From the human T2T-CHM13v2.0 reference genome, Homo sapiens, in the NCBI RefSeq assembly GCF_009914755.1, contig NC_060940.1: 64,000 bases of DNA; one strand, given 5' to 3'. This document shows, in pieces, positions 30,712-45,629 of this stretch. Positions within the stretch are counted from its first letter, which is position 1; every line of letters starts with the position of its first letter. The position numbers were made by a program, and so were the translations under genes. The notes under the pieces were generated by a model, which was not told where the DNA came from, did not search any database, and worked only from the letters and a program-made list of their open reading frames with translations.

Positions 30712-31230
30712 GTGTTATAGAGGTTAAATTCACATGACAAAATTGATCATTTTAAGGTGAACAAATTAGTGGCATTTAGTACCTTCACAGTGTTATATGA
30801 CCACCTCTGCCTTTTTCCAAAATAGCTTCATCACCCCCAAATAAAAACCTGTACCCATTAAACAGTTACTCTTCATTTTTCTCTTTCCCCAGAAAGGGGT
30901 ACTACCAACCTGCTTTCTGCATTTGTGGATATACCTATTCTGGATATTTCATATACATGGAATTATACACCTTTTATGTCTTCTTACACTTATAATACTT
31001 TTGAGGTTCATCCCCATTGTAGCATATATTAGTTTCTTATGGCTAAGTAATAGTTAATTGTATGTATGTATTATACCACAATGTATTTATCCAGTCTTCC
31101 ATTTATGGACATTTGAGCTCTTTCCATCTTTTGGCTATTGTGAATAGAGCTACCAGGATCATTCATGTACAAGTATTTGTTTGAGTACTTTTTAAAAAAT
31201 TTCTCTGGGATATATGCTTAGGTCATATAG
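30712..31230 (-). mobile_element. L1MB-like 3' fragment
   Basis: gtggcatttagtaccttcacagtgtt...cctattctggatatttcatat...ggacatttgag. Confidence 0.8.
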
Positions 31231-32485
31231 TAAGATCAAAAATATTTCCTGATCTTATTCCCTTTGTTAATGGAAATAGTCTCTTCATACATCTATGGTT
31301 TCTTCAAGACTGTTTCTCCAAGGCAGGGAGCTAGCTTCTTCCTTGAATAACTTTGTCTTCAGCTAGATAGGAGGAGCTCAAAAGCAAAATGATAGTTCCT
31401 AGTGGTATATATGCTAGACCAAAAGAGGAGAAATTCAGTCACTGAGGGTTGCCACAGAATGGTAACAATGAGATTAATAATAATGGTTTGCAGGAAAGAC
31501 ACCATCTTGAAAGGATGCTGTGAGGAATTCATTAGATAACACCTGATAGAAATACACAAGATGCACTTTCCTCTATCTCCCTTTCCATTCTTCTGTCTGC
31601 ATAAATGACTGCCCTGAATTCCTTTGTAGAGCTATGATTTAATTATTCAGAGTTTGGTATCCACCTAATCTGTAAACCCTACTCGAGATATTTATTTTCA
31701 GCACCTGGGACAGAGCCCAGCATATGACAGTCACTCAGGAAGCAATTGTTGAAAGAATGAACAAATGTTCATCTGCTTATGTTCATTGCCAGACAAAAGA
31801 ATCTGCATTTTACATCATGTCTATTGTTTACTGGGGAGGGGCCTATGTGACATTGCCTGTGTGAATTTGGGAAATGCTAAGACATTTTATTTTTGGTGTT
31901 TAATCTTATACTCCCACATGGGCCACAGGACTGGTCCATCTTATGGAATATGAAAAAAAATGTTCACATTTCAGGTTGTTCATAAATCTGCCTCCTGCAT
32001 TACCATTTCTTATCTGCCTACTTCTGCTTCCCCTGAGTTCAGAGGAAGTGCTTTACCTTAGAAATGATTCACTACTCCTGGGCCATCGTGGGCTTTGAAA
32101 GCCACACAATAGAAGTTCCATTTCAAATCCCCCCATTTATAATCATGGGAGAAAGCTGGGTGTTGTCTTGGGGGTTATCAATGATTTCAGAAAACTCAAC
32201 CTTTGTTCCTCATGTGTCCATTTTTCAAAAACTTACGACTCCAAATCTCTGGAAGTCATTGCATCTGAGGAAACATTTATCTTGGGTTTGACATCTTTTG
32301 CACTGTATCCCTTTTCAACTCTCCTTTCTCATGTAGGACAAACGGCACTGTGGGGTTTGAAATGAAGAGTTATGTCTTGCAGCAAGTGCGTGTGTGGAGA
32401 TCCTGGGCTCCTCCCTGCCCCCTCCCCTGTGCCCCTGGGTTGGAAGATGAAGGAATAATCAGCAGAGACAAATGCTTATGAGTGA

Positions 32486-33247
<762 letters not shown>

Positions 33248-33294
33248 GGTGATACTCTCACGATGTTTGTCTAAAGGTCTCTATTTACTTGAGA

Positions 33295-33548
33295 GGTGAT
33301 ATAGCATAGTGGTTAAATACTTGGGTTTTTAGAACCAGACACCCAGGCGGATAATCTGGGAAAATTACTCATCATCTCTAGGCTTCCAATTTCCTTAAAA
33401 TAAGATAGAGAATATAATAAATCTAGACCTGATAGTACTGTCATGACGATTAAATGAGATAATGTATTTAAAGCACTAAGCCAAAGAAATACCTGGCACA
33501 TAGTAAACACGTGATGGGTGGTGGTTATTATAATGGTTATTATTAGTA
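33295..33548 (+). mobile_element. MIR
   Basis: atagcatagtggttaa...attaaatgagataatgtatttaaagcac...cctggcacatagtaa. Confidence 0.8.
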
Positions 33549-33729
33549 ATGAATGGCAACATTTACTGTTGCCCTAAAGCCCCAAAGAATCCTTTACTAT
33601 CTATATTTTAAACTTTCTTCCCAGAGCACACTTAAGAAATGATTGACATTTTCCCTTCCCTCTGACCCCTGCTCTCTAGGTTAATGGTCTGAGGCTCTGT
33701 TCCATCTTTGTCCCTTTCCAGAGATTTAA

Positions 33730-33735
33730 TCTCTC

Positions 33736-33770
<35 letters not shown>
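33730..33770. repeat. (TC)n microsatellite
   Basis: About 20 units with one interruption. Confidence 0.97.
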
Positions 33771-34004
33771 GTGACATGGGACTTATATGATTGACACACA
33801 GGACCACCCACTTATCATTTACACTAGTGGAAGTAAGATGGTTCCAAAAGCTGGGTGAGGATTTGAAGTGACCAGAATAGTTGCCAGGATCATGTATTCT
33901 TTCATATACAAAAAACACATTTGTTGAAAGCCAGTGGTCTAGGTGTAGGATCTGATTTAGTGTGGGTTATTTGTCAATGTGGGCAGGGGAAGGGATGCAG
34001 CATA

Positions 34005-34240
34005 ATAATTCCATAATAACTACCACTTACTGAAATGTATGTCAAGTGCCAGGCTAAATTGTCTCAGCACAATTATCCTTTAAAATTCTACAAGGTTAGA
34101 TAGTCCTGTCATACCCATTTTATAGATGAGGAAATGGAAGCATGGAGCGATTAAGGCCATAGCTGGTTAAAGAGCAGAATCAGAAGTTGAACACATTCCA
34201 CAGACTCTAGAGCTCACACTTTTAACTCCTGTGAGTCACT
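34005..34240 (-). mobile_element. MIR
   Basis: cccattttatagatgaggaaatggaag...cagactctagagctcac. Confidence 0.75.
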
Positions 34241-35123
34241 GCCTCAGCGGCACCAGGAATCCGCTGCTCTCAGGTGTATATTTGAAAAAGATTGTGAACA
34301 AGACAGAGGAAACCTGGTTACAGAATTAAATGCCAGCATGTAAAGCAAACATACAATCAAAACCAAGCTAATGAAAAAACAAAACAAAACCGAATCCCCA
34401 AAACCCAGAATACAAAAACCTGCCATGTGTTGGTTACTGGAGGAAAATAAGTGTTTTCCTAATGTTTAAACTCAGCAACTGACCCTAAGACTTGTTTTAA
34501 TTTTGCGATTGTTTTGAAGCTGCTAGTCTGCCAGGCATATGGTGCAGGTAAGCTTTGCCAAGTCGTTCCTCCGAAGCATTTTATTACGATAATAATCACA
34601 AATGTGACCTCAGTCCTTTTATCCTGTTTATTCTCTACCGTTTCCTGTGATAAGTGCTACTTCTGTACTTTGCCAACCTCCTCCACCCGCATTTGTTTAG
34701 GGAAAGAATATTAATTAGTGATATTAAGGAGGCTATGGGCTGAAAATGAAATTTTCATAATGGAATTCCTTAGACTATCTTTGCCCTCCGAGGCATCCTC
34801 TGTTTAAGCAGTTCAATTGAATATCATTATTAACATACATAATAATAATAATTAGCATTATTGCCTGCATCAGTTGTTGTTCATGGAAAACTGCAAGCTC
34901 TTTTCTATCTATTGGCCTCAGTTAAAAGTGCGAAATAGATTCTCATTTTATGTTTTATTTCCCTGTCATTTTTGCTCTGCTCAACTCCTATGCTTGGCAG
35001 CTGGACCCCTTATGAGGTCCTTATTGGATTTTTTTTTTTTTTGGAAAAATAAAGAAGTTTCTTTATTCTCCTGTTTGAAAGAGGAGTCTGTCAGAGGTGG
35101 AAAACCTTCAATAGGCCAACTTT

Positions 35124-35250
35124 TTTAATTTTTAATTTTTAAAGTTTTTTTAGAGGCAGCGTCTTGCTCTGACATCCAGGCTGGAGTGCATTGGTACTAT
35201 CATGGCTCACTGCTGCCTCAGACTTCTGGGTTCAAGCGAGCCTCCTGCCT
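35124..35250 (-). mobile_element. 5'-truncated Alu right arm (AluJ-like)
   Basis: TSD taggccaacttt 35112-35123 and 35251-35262. Confidence 0.9.
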
Positions 35251-35998
35251 TAGGCCAACTTTCCTGAGTTGTCTTGAAGCTTTATTTGTGCACCGTAAGC
35301 CACTCAAGATTTTCTGCAAAACCTCTCCTGGTTTCTAGCATCTCTCTCTCCCAATCCATTATCTGGATACACTGAGAATCATGTTTCTAAAAAGCAAGTC
35401 TGGCTTTCCACCTCCTTTGCTGAAAAACCTTGATAGGCTTCCCATTGCGCTCAGGATAAAATCCAGATTTCTTATCATGTCTTAATGCCATGACCCTTAT
35501 TTCCTCATCTGGCTTTATCTCTCCTCACTCCATCTCCTTCTGCAGTCTGATCGTATTAAACTTGTTTTGGTTTTGCAGAGAGACTGTGCCACCTCACCTC
35601 AAGCTATAGCATGTGCTGTAAATGAAATGCCCTCTCCTCCCTGATTCAGGCTTCAGTGTGGGCACCGAGTCCTAGGAGCTTTCCTATCTTCTCAGGTCCA
35701 AGGGTGGTGCCTAATGTTAATTTCAGGGAGGTATAAGACTGCATACGATACGCGCTTCTTCCCCAAGCACTGGTAAATGAATGGCTTTGAATATTTTACA
35801 TATAGGTCATAGTATGCTTCTGTTTCTCCCCTTCTTGGCTGTTTGGCTTAGAATAGGGGGCAACAAACTTTGGTCTGTGTGCCAAAAGCAATCAGCCACC
35901 TGTTTTTTTAAAACATTTTTTAAAATTGAGAGAAAATTCACACAACGTAAAGTTAACCATTTAAAAACATACAATTCAGTGGCATTTAGGACATTCAC

Positions 35999-36396
<398 letters not shown>

Positions 36397-36565
36397 TAGT
36401 TCCAGAACATTTTCATCACTCCAAAAAGAAAGCCCATAACTGTTGAGCAGGTGTTCTCAATTTTCTTCTCCTCAGTCCTCGGCAACCACCAAGCTACCTT
36501 CTGTGTCTGTGGATTTGCCTATTCTGGACAATTTATATCAATGGAGAGTCATGCATTGCATGGTC

Positions 36566-36900
<335 letters not shown>

Positions 36901-37599
36901 TAGCATATTGTTCTCCAGGTTTATCCACCTGGCAGTATGCGTCCATACTTCCTATTCATGGCTGATTACTATTCCATTGGATGCATATGCCACATTTTGT
37001 GCATCCATTTTTCAGTTGATTGATCTTTGGATTGTCTGCACCTTTTAGCTACTATAAATAGGGCTGCTGTGAACATTTGTGTACAAGTTTTTGTTTGAAC
37101 TCCTATTTGTAATTATTTTCGGCCCATGCCTAAGAGGGGAGTTGCCGGGTCATATGGCAATTCTGTGTTTAACCCTTTTAGGAGCCACCAAACCCAGTGC
37201 CTGTTGTTGTAAATAAAGTTTTATTGGCACACGGTCAAGGCCATTCATTTACTTCTCGTCTATGACTGCTTCTGTGCGACAACGGCAGAGTCAAGTAGTT
37301 GCAACATACGCCATCTGCCCCTAAAGCCTCAAAGATTAATTTTTATGGAGTTTTACAGAAGTTTGCTGAACTTTAACTTAGTACACCTGTGTTAAGCAAT
37401 GTAGCCTGCAGGCCTTGAAGCCAGTAACAGCACTTTTTCAACAAAGATGGGGTGAATACAGAAAAAAAAGTTTATTCTCCTTAACCTGACTTATACATTC
37501 CTGATACTTTAGAATATTTTATGTAGATCTGAGGAGCCTATTTTGAATATCAAAGGGTGAGGTCAAGTCTTGTGGGAAAAGTGGTCTGGAAAATTGCCT

Positions 37600-37780
37600 A
37601 GACTCTGGAGTCAGACTTTGTAGGTTAAGTCACGAAACCTCTCTGGGCCTCTGTTTTCTCATCCTTTAAATGGAGATGATTAGGCTCCCCATCTTGTAGG
37701 ACGGTAGAGAGGATTAAATGAAGGAAACACTGGCGAACTGCTTATAATGGTGCCTGGCATAAATATTAACTCTTACTAGG
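37600..37780 (+). mobile_element. MIR
   Basis: gactctggagtcagac...gaggattaaatga...gtgcctggcata. Confidence 0.7.
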
Positions 37781-37897
37781 TGAGGCTCAGAGATCGCCCA
37801 GGACAAAGAAAGAAAATGGATCAATGAGCTAGTTTATCTCATGCCTTTGGATAAAATACTCTACACCCCTCCTCTTAAAATTGTTTTTGTACTGCGA

Positions 37898-38091
37898 TTT
37901 TTATTTTTGAGGTAGGATCTCACTCTGTCGCCCAGGCTGGAGTGCAGAGGTACTTGGCTCACTGCCACCTCTGCCTCCCATGCTCCAGCAATCCTCTCAC
38001 TTCAAACTCCTGAGTAGCTGAGAGTAGCATACATTTAGCGAATTGTTTTATTTTTCTGTAGAGACAGGTCTCACTGTGTTGCCTGGGCTGG
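37898..38091 (-). mobile_element. Alu fragment (AluJ-like, truncated)
   Basis: Right arm plus start of left arm. Confidence 0.85.
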
Positions 38092-38109
38092 GTAGCATGA
38101 TTAAAAAAA

Positions 38110-38415
38110 TTTTTTTTTGAGACAGAGTCTCTCGCTGTGTTGTCCCGGTTGGAGTGCAGTGGTACAATCTCAGCTCACTGTAACCTCTGCCTCCTAGGTT
38201 CAAGCAATTCTCGTGCTTCATCCTCCTGAATAGCTGGGACTACAGGTGTGCACCACCACATCTGACTAGCTTTTTAAAAGATTTTTAGTAGAGATGGGGT
38301 TTTGTTATGTTGGTCAGGCTGGTCTTGAACTCCTGGCCTTAAATGACCCATCTGTCTTGACCTCCCAAACCTCCCAAAGTGCTGGGATTACAGGCATGAG
38401 CCACTGTGTCCAGCC
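38110..38415 (-). mobile_element. Alu (AluJb/Sz-like)
   Basis: Full dimer; local duplication cctcccaaa x2. Confidence 0.95.
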
Positions 38416-38429
38416 TGGGATAGTGTGAT

Positions 38430-39289
<860 letters not shown>

Positions 39290-39592
39290 GGCTGGGCATG
39301 GCGGCTCATGCCTATAATCTCAGCATTTTGGGAGGCCGAGGTGGGCAGATCACCTGAGATTGGAAGTTTGAGACCAGCCTGACCAACATGGAGAAACCCT
39401 GTCTCTATTAAAAATAAAAAATTAGCCGGCTGTGGTGGCGCATGCCTGTAATCCCAGCTACTCAGGAGGCTGAGGCAGGAGAATCACTTGAACTCGGGAG
39501 GTGGAGGTTGTGGTGAGCCGAGATTGTACCACAGCATGGGCAACAAGAGTGAAACTCCATCTCAAAAATAATAATAATAATAAAATCAAATA
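39290..39592 (+). mobile_element. AluSp-like
   Basis: cctgaccaacatggagaaacc and gcaacaagagtgaaactcc diagnostics. Confidence 0.95.
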
Positions 39593-39603
39593 AAATAAAA
39601 TGC

Positions 39604-39769
39604 AGCTGGGCACAGTGGCTCATGCCTTTAATCCTTGCACTTTGGGAGGCTGAGGCAGGAGGATCACTTGAGACCAGGAATTTGAGATCAGCCTGAGCAG
39701 CATGTTGAGAATCTGTTTCCACCAAGAAAAAAAAAAAAAAATTAGCCAGGTGTGGTGGCACGTGCCTGG
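39604..39769 (+). mobile_element. Alu fragment (AluJ-like left arm plus start of right arm)
   Basis: Left monomer, linker, then truncation. Confidence 0.88.
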
Positions 39770-40556
39770 GAACACAGAGATGAATGCAGTTGGAGTGGAG
39801 CAAGACAGGAGAATGGTCTGAGATGGTGAAGAGACACGTGAGGCCAGGCTGTGCTGACCTGGTGAGATCCTGGGAGAAGAGTTTGCACTTCATTCCTAGT
39901 GCGATCAGAAGCCAGGGGAGGGTTGGCCACAGGAGAGTGACATGATCATCTTCACTGATTGCTGTTGAAAAAGACGGTTCTACTCTTTGACCACTGGCTT
40001 TGTAAAGAGGTTTTCAAGGCTCAGAGATGGCTTGTATTGTTATATTAGGAGAGGTTTGATGGTAGCCGACCTGGTAGTGGATGTTCTGTTTCAGGTGCCA
40101 TAAATGGGGCCATACATCAAACCCATTGATTTTCTACTTCAGAGACCCCAAGAGCCATACAACCCTAACCCTCAGTGCCCCTGCGTAAAGTTAGACAGAC
40201 ATCGTTTATTGGGGTTACAGAGCAGCTGTCTAAATCCTGCCTGGACTCATTTAAAGCAGTGTGCCTCGGGGGCACCTTGCTCCTGCAAACATTTCAGAGC
40301 CAGGAAAGACTGACTGGGGATGAAGGATGCACCTGACTTCTTGGCACCTGCTGCTGCATTTTTGTTTTGATTGTTTGCATGATGCTTGGAGGAGAAGCAG
40401 GGAAAAAAGAGGCCGATAGGCGTTTTTCTCTCACTTATTGTTCTTTTTTCTGGCCTTGGAAGGATGGAAGGAAGGAAGGAAGGAGGGAAGGAAGGAAGCT
40501 AATATCTATTGAACAGCAATGCAGGGACTGGATAGTTATGGTCCCAAGTTACCTAA

Positions 40557-40890
40557 TTTCATTCATTCATTCATTCATTCATTCATTCCACAAGAAATAT
40601 TCATTGAGTGTCTTTATATGCCAGACATTGTTCTGGGCCCCAGGAATAAGCATTGAACACAATGGACAAAGCCTCTTCTCTCTTGGGGCTGACTTTCTGA
40701 CAAGGAAGACAAGACAGACATTAAACAGGTAAGTACAAATCAGGCGGATATGTCCTAGGAGGAAAAACCAAGCTGAGTAATGAGATGGAGAGAGTGTGGA
40801 CTATTTTATGTGGGAGGGGGACACTGGTCAGGGAAGCTCTCTTTGCAAAAGTGGTATCTGAGCAGAGAACTAAAGAAAATAAGGGAGAGA
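40557..40890 (-). mobile_element. L2 3' end with (ATTC)n terminus
   Basis: (ATTC)n then aaatattcattgagtg...tatgccagacattgttct. Confidence 0.75.
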
Positions 40891-41019
40891 AGCACCAGAC
40901 TTTCTGTGGATCTAGGACATTGTTATTTCTTCTTAGAGAAGAGTCTACTGAGAATTGGAGGAATTAAGTGACTCTTCCAAGATCAGAAGATAGTGGTAGC
41001 AGTAGCAGCAGCAGTAGTA

Positions 41020-41260
41020 GTAATAGATAAATTTTATTACATTTGCTCTATGCCAGGCACTAGATGAAATATTTATTTCTATCATCTCATTTAATTTTCA
41101 CAACAAATCTACAAGGTAGATATCATTATTGTTATTCCCATTATATAAATGCCACCGAGGATCATAGAAGTGATATCACTTAGCTAAGGTCACACAGCTA
41201 ATAAAGGAGAAGCAGAGATTCAAATCCACGTTCATTAGTCTCCAGGACACTATAACCATT
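41020..41260 (-). mobile_element. MIR
   Basis: ctatgccaggcact...atctcatttaat...aaggtcacacagctaa. Confidence 0.8.
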
Positions 41261-42687
41261 TTCCAGCCCATAGCTGATGAAGCTGAAATACAGAGTGAAG
41301 CCTCTATCTGAAAACCCTTCTTTTCCAATAGACCAGTCCAAATCCCAACTTTCAATGCAGTACCCGGTTCTTTGATTAGACCCTGGCATAGGGTTTGTTA
41401 GGTGGGTATTGAGGGCCTCCTAAATAATGGAGTAGTGCATTTGGATCTGTGACCACAGACATTTTGAGTCCCACCATCTCTGATTTGCACAGAGACCTTC
41501 TTGTGACCAATTATTGTGAGTCAAGAGCTCAGGTGTCCAATGAAAGTTCGCAGGGAGCTACTCTTCTCTTGAAAGAAATGGGCTATAGAGCTCTATTGGC
41601 CTGGGATGTGCAGCTCCATTGGTCCATGATTTGATGAGAAAGACTGCAAACGTGTGATCCAGATATATGGATGTGTATATGCCTCTTAGCAAGAATGCAG
41701 TTGATTTTCTAGGTCTATGGAGCTATGCACACAGCTATAGCATTCATTTACTCACTCATTCTGTGCTGTGCCTGCTAGTGTGTTACATTCTGAGTCTGCA
41801 GCAATGAACAGGCAAGGTCCCTGTCTTCCTGTTGAATACATTATAAGGGGAGAATGAGGGAGTGTTGTGTGAAGAAGGAGAAAATAAAGCGGATGAATAA
41901 ATGAACAAGATCATCTCAGATGCTGAGAGTGCCCTGAGGCATTGCCACAGAGAGACACTGGGATGTCTGCTTATATTGAGTGGTCAGTGGAGGCCCCTCT
42001 GAGCAGGGCCAATTGAACAGAAGGGGAGGGAGGAGCTGCCATGAGCAGTTCTGCAGAAAAGCATTTCAGGTGCCAGAAACATCCCGGTAACAGACAGAAG
42101 ACTGGGTCAAGGGGTACGTGCCTTAAGGACTGTGATAATTAGGTGGGTACACAAAGTATTTTGCTGAGACTTGCAAAAAGGAAACCAGAGGGAATGCCAG
42201 CATGAAAAACATGAGATTTCAAGTCTGTAACTGCTAAAAGTCACAGACTCTTTATAACTTATGAGCTCTTTATAACTTATGGGCCGCAGGAGAACCTTTG
42301 AAGAATGTGGTTCAAGAGAAGGATTAGCTAGCAGAGAAGATTTTAAGAAATATGTCTTAAAAATAATTTTATGATGGGAAATTCCAAAGGTATATGAAAG
42401 TAGAAGAATAGCACAATGAATTCTCAGGACTCACTACCTGGCTTCAACAATGGACAACTCATGCCCAGTTTTGCTTATACCTCTACCTGTTTTCCCCACA
42501 TACATTATTTTGAAGCCAATTCCAGTCACTACCATTTCATCTGTAAATATTACAATGTGTATCTTGAAAAGATAAACTCTTAAAAACATAGGCACAATAC
42601 CATCAGTGCACCCAAAACATTAACAATGATTCCTTAGAACATCAACTATCCAGTCACCGTTCAGGTTACTTACTGCCTAATACAATT

Positions 42688-43169
42688 TTTTCTTTCTTTT
42701 TTATTTTTATTTTACTTTAAGTTCTTGGGTACATGTGCAGAATGTGCGGGTTTGTTACGTAGGTATGCAAGTGTCGTGGTGGTTTGCTGCACCTATCAAC
42801 CCGTCATCTAGGTTTTAAGCCCAGCATGCATTAGATATTTGTCCTAATGCTCTCCCTCCCCTTGACCCCCACCCCCCAACAGGCCCCGGTATGTGATGTT
42901 CCCCTCCCTGCGTCCATGTGTTTTCATTGTTCAACTCCCACTTATGAGTGAGAATATGTGGTGTTTGGTTTTCTGTTCCTGTGTTAGTTTGCTGAGAATG
43001 ATGGTTTCCAGCTTCATCCATGTCCCTGCAAAGGACACGAACTCATTCTTTTTTATGTCTGCATAGTATTTCATAGTGTATATGTGCCACATTTTCTTTA
43101 ACTAGTCTATCATTGATGGGCATTTAGGTTGGTTCCAAGTCTTTGCTATTGTAAATAGTGCTGCAGTAA
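42688..43169 (-). mobile_element. L1PA8-like 3' end (fused to Alu)
   Basis: ccgtcatctaggttttaagcccagcatgcattag diagnostic 3'UTR. Confidence 0.9.
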
Positions 43170-43445
43170 GCTCTCTCACCCAGGCTGAAGTGCAGTGGCA
43201 CAATCTCGGCTCACTGCAACCTCTTTCCCCTGGGTTCAAGTCATTCTCGTGCCTCAGCCTCCCCAGTAGCTGGGATTACAGGTGCATGCCGCCACACCTG
43301 GCTAGTCTAGTTTTTGTATTTTTAGTAAAGACAAGGTTTTGCCATATGGTCAGGATGGTCTTGAACTCTTGGCCTCAAGTGATCTGCCGCCCGCCTTGGC
43401 CTCCCAAAGTGCTGGGATTACAGGCATAAGCCACCACTCCCGGCT
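43170..43445 (-). mobile_element. AluS-like lacking 3' terminus and tail, joined to L1PA8
   Basis: Shared TSD ctgcctaataca 42673-42684 and 43446-43457. Confidence 0.92.
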
Positions 43446-43584
43446 CTGCCTAATACATTTTAATAATAATTTCTTTGAATCAGAATCCAACTAAAGTCCT
43501 ACACATAGTGATTGGCTCATGTGTCTTTTAATCTATAGGTTTCCCCTTCAGTTCTTTTATTGCTGGAAAAATAGGTTATTCATC

Positions 43585-43750
43585 TTGTGTAATTCAAAAT
43601 GTGGTCAGTGAACCAGGATCATCAGCATCACCTGGGAACTCGGTAGAAATGCAGCATCTCAGATCCCATCCCAGACCTCCTGGGTTAGAAACTACATTTT
43701 CACAAGGTCCCTGGGTGTTTTGTATGCACAATTAAGTTTGAGAAGCACTG
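43585..43750 (+). mobile_element. MER5A
   Basis: catcagcatcacctgggaact...agaaatgcag...aagtttgagaagcactg. Confidence 0.88.
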
Positions 43751-43810
43751 CTGTAGAGTCCCCCGCAGTCTAGACATTGCCAGTTGCATCTCTGTGGTGT
43801 CCTTTAGTGC

Positions 43811-44112
43811 ATTCCTTCATCTTCCACTTTTCTTTCTTTTCTTTCTTTCTTTTTCTTTCTTTCTTTCTTTTTCTCTTCCTTCCTTTCTGTCTTTCTTTCT
43901 TTCATTCCTCCCTCCCTCCCTCCCTTCCTTCCTTCCCTCCTTCCTTCTTTCTTTTCCTTCCTTCCTTCCTTCCCTCCCTCCCTCCCCTACCCTCCCTCCC
44001 TCCCTCCCTCCCTCCCTTCCTTCCTTCCTTCCTTCCTTCCTTCCTTCCTTCCTTCCTTCCTTCCTTCCTTCCTTCCTTCCTTTTTTCCTCTCTCTTTCTT
44101 TCTTTTTTGTTT
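43811..44112. repeat. Compound polypyrimidine tract (TTTC/CCTT/CCCT)n
   Basis: About 300 bp almost purely C/T; forms the expanded tail of the adjacent Alu. Confidence 0.97.
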
Positions 44113-44410
44113 GAGTTGGAGTCTCACTCTGTCACCCATGCTGGAGTGCAATGGTGTGATCTTCGGCTCACTGCAACCGCTGCCTCCCGGGTTCAAGCAA
44201 TTCTCCTGCCTCAGCCTCCCAAGTAGCTGGGATTACAGGCACCCACCACCACGCCCCGCTAATTTTTGTATTTTTAGTAGAGACGGGGTTTCACCTTATT
44301 GGCCAGGCTGGTCTCTTAGCCAAGCTGGTTTCAAACTCCTGACCTTGTGATCCACCCACCTCAGCCTCCCGAAGTGCTGGGATTACAGGTGGGAGCCACC
44401 GTGCCTGGCC
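44095..44410 (-). mobile_element. Alu (AluSg/Sp-like)
   Basis: Full dimer; roughly 17-nt internal duplication near 44300-44332. Confidence 0.95.
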
Positions 44411-44576
44411 CATTGTCCACATTTCTGTAAGTTGATAAGTTGTATCTATACATTTTTATCAGATTTAGGTCTGATTTTTTCTTTTTTTTTTTTTTTTTTT
44501 TTTAGCAAGACCACTTTTTAGATTGTTATGTTTTTCCATGAGGAGGTAACTGATGTCTGGTTATCTCCCATTGTGT

Positions 44577-44908
44577 TTTTATTTTTTAAAATTATTTTTA
44601 TTATTTATTTATTTAATTTTTGAGATGGTGTCTTGCTCAGTTGCCCAGGCTGGAGTGCAGTGGCATGATCATGGCTCACTGCAGCTTTGACCTTGCAGGC
44701 TCAAGTAGTCATCTTACCTCAGCCTCCTGAGTAGCTGGCACCACAGGCATGCACTAACATACCCGGTTAGTTTTTTACAAAACTAATTTGTAGTGATGGG
44801 GTCTCACTGTGTTGCCTAGGCTGGTCTGGAACTCCTGGGCTCAAGTGATCCTCCCACTTTGGCCTCCTAATTTGCTGGGACTACAGGCATGAGCTACCAT
44901 GCCCAGCC
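44577..44908 (-). mobile_element. Alu (AluJ-like)
   Basis: Full dimer with gatcatggctcactgcagc J motif. Confidence 0.94.
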
Positions 44909-45157
44909 TCATTTGTGATGTTATCTATCTGCTGTATGATAATGCCTAGATCCATGAATTCATTAAGGGTTGCAAAACAGAGCAAGGCTTTGACTTGAGT
45001 GGATCCAGTTTATTTTGGAAGTGATTAATTCTCTAATTTTTATTCACCATTTCTATAAAATTAATGGTATATTGCACCAATTATGTGCCAGGAACTGTTC
45101 TAAGGGCTTTACATAAATGAATGCATTTATTGATCCTCACAAAAATCTTTAAAACTG

Positions 45158-45629
45158 TGTATTCATTTCCTATTGCTGCTGTAACAAATTGCCACAAACT
45201 TAGTGGCTTGGAACAATCCAAATTATTATCTTACAGTGTTGGAGGTCAGAAGTCCCAAAGAGGTCTCACTTGGTTAATATCAAGGCATTGACAGGGCTGC
45301 ATTATTTCTGGAGGCTCTGGGGAGAACCTTTGCCTCTTCCAAATTCTAGAGACCACCTGCAGTCCTTGGCTTGTGGCCTCTTTCTCCATATTCAGAGCTA
45401 CTAGCATAACATCTTTAAATCTCTCTCTGATTCTCTTCTTCCTCCCTCTTCCACACTTAAGGACCCTTTTGATTACATCGGTTCTACCTGCACAACCTCC
45501 TGGTTTTAAGGTCAACATTGATTCCATCTGCAACTTTGATTCCCTTTTGCTGTAGAATCTAACATATTCATAGGTTCCAGGAATTAGGACACAGACATCT
45601 CTGAAGGGACATTATTCTGCCAGCCACCA
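45158..45629 (-). mobile_element. MLT1D-like LTR (inserted in a MIR at 45060-45775)
   Basis: tgtattcatttcctattgctgctgtaacaaattgccacaaacttagtggctt...attattctgcc. Confidence 0.85.

Larger units (their letters stand above)
42360..44975 (-). mobile_element. Old L1MC4-like fragment, heavily interrupted
   Basis: tattttgaagccaattccag...atttcatctgtaaatatt...tctttgaatcagaatcca. Confidence 0.6.

Noticed and set aside
42248-42281. 16-bp direct repeat ctctttataacttatg x2
   Set aside because: Two-copy slippage duplication with a 2-nt spacer; not an array or CRISPR-like structure.
43777-44226. 149-aa and 106-aa PSFL-rich ORFs
   Set aside because: Artefacts of a stop-free pyrimidine microsatellite running into an Alu.
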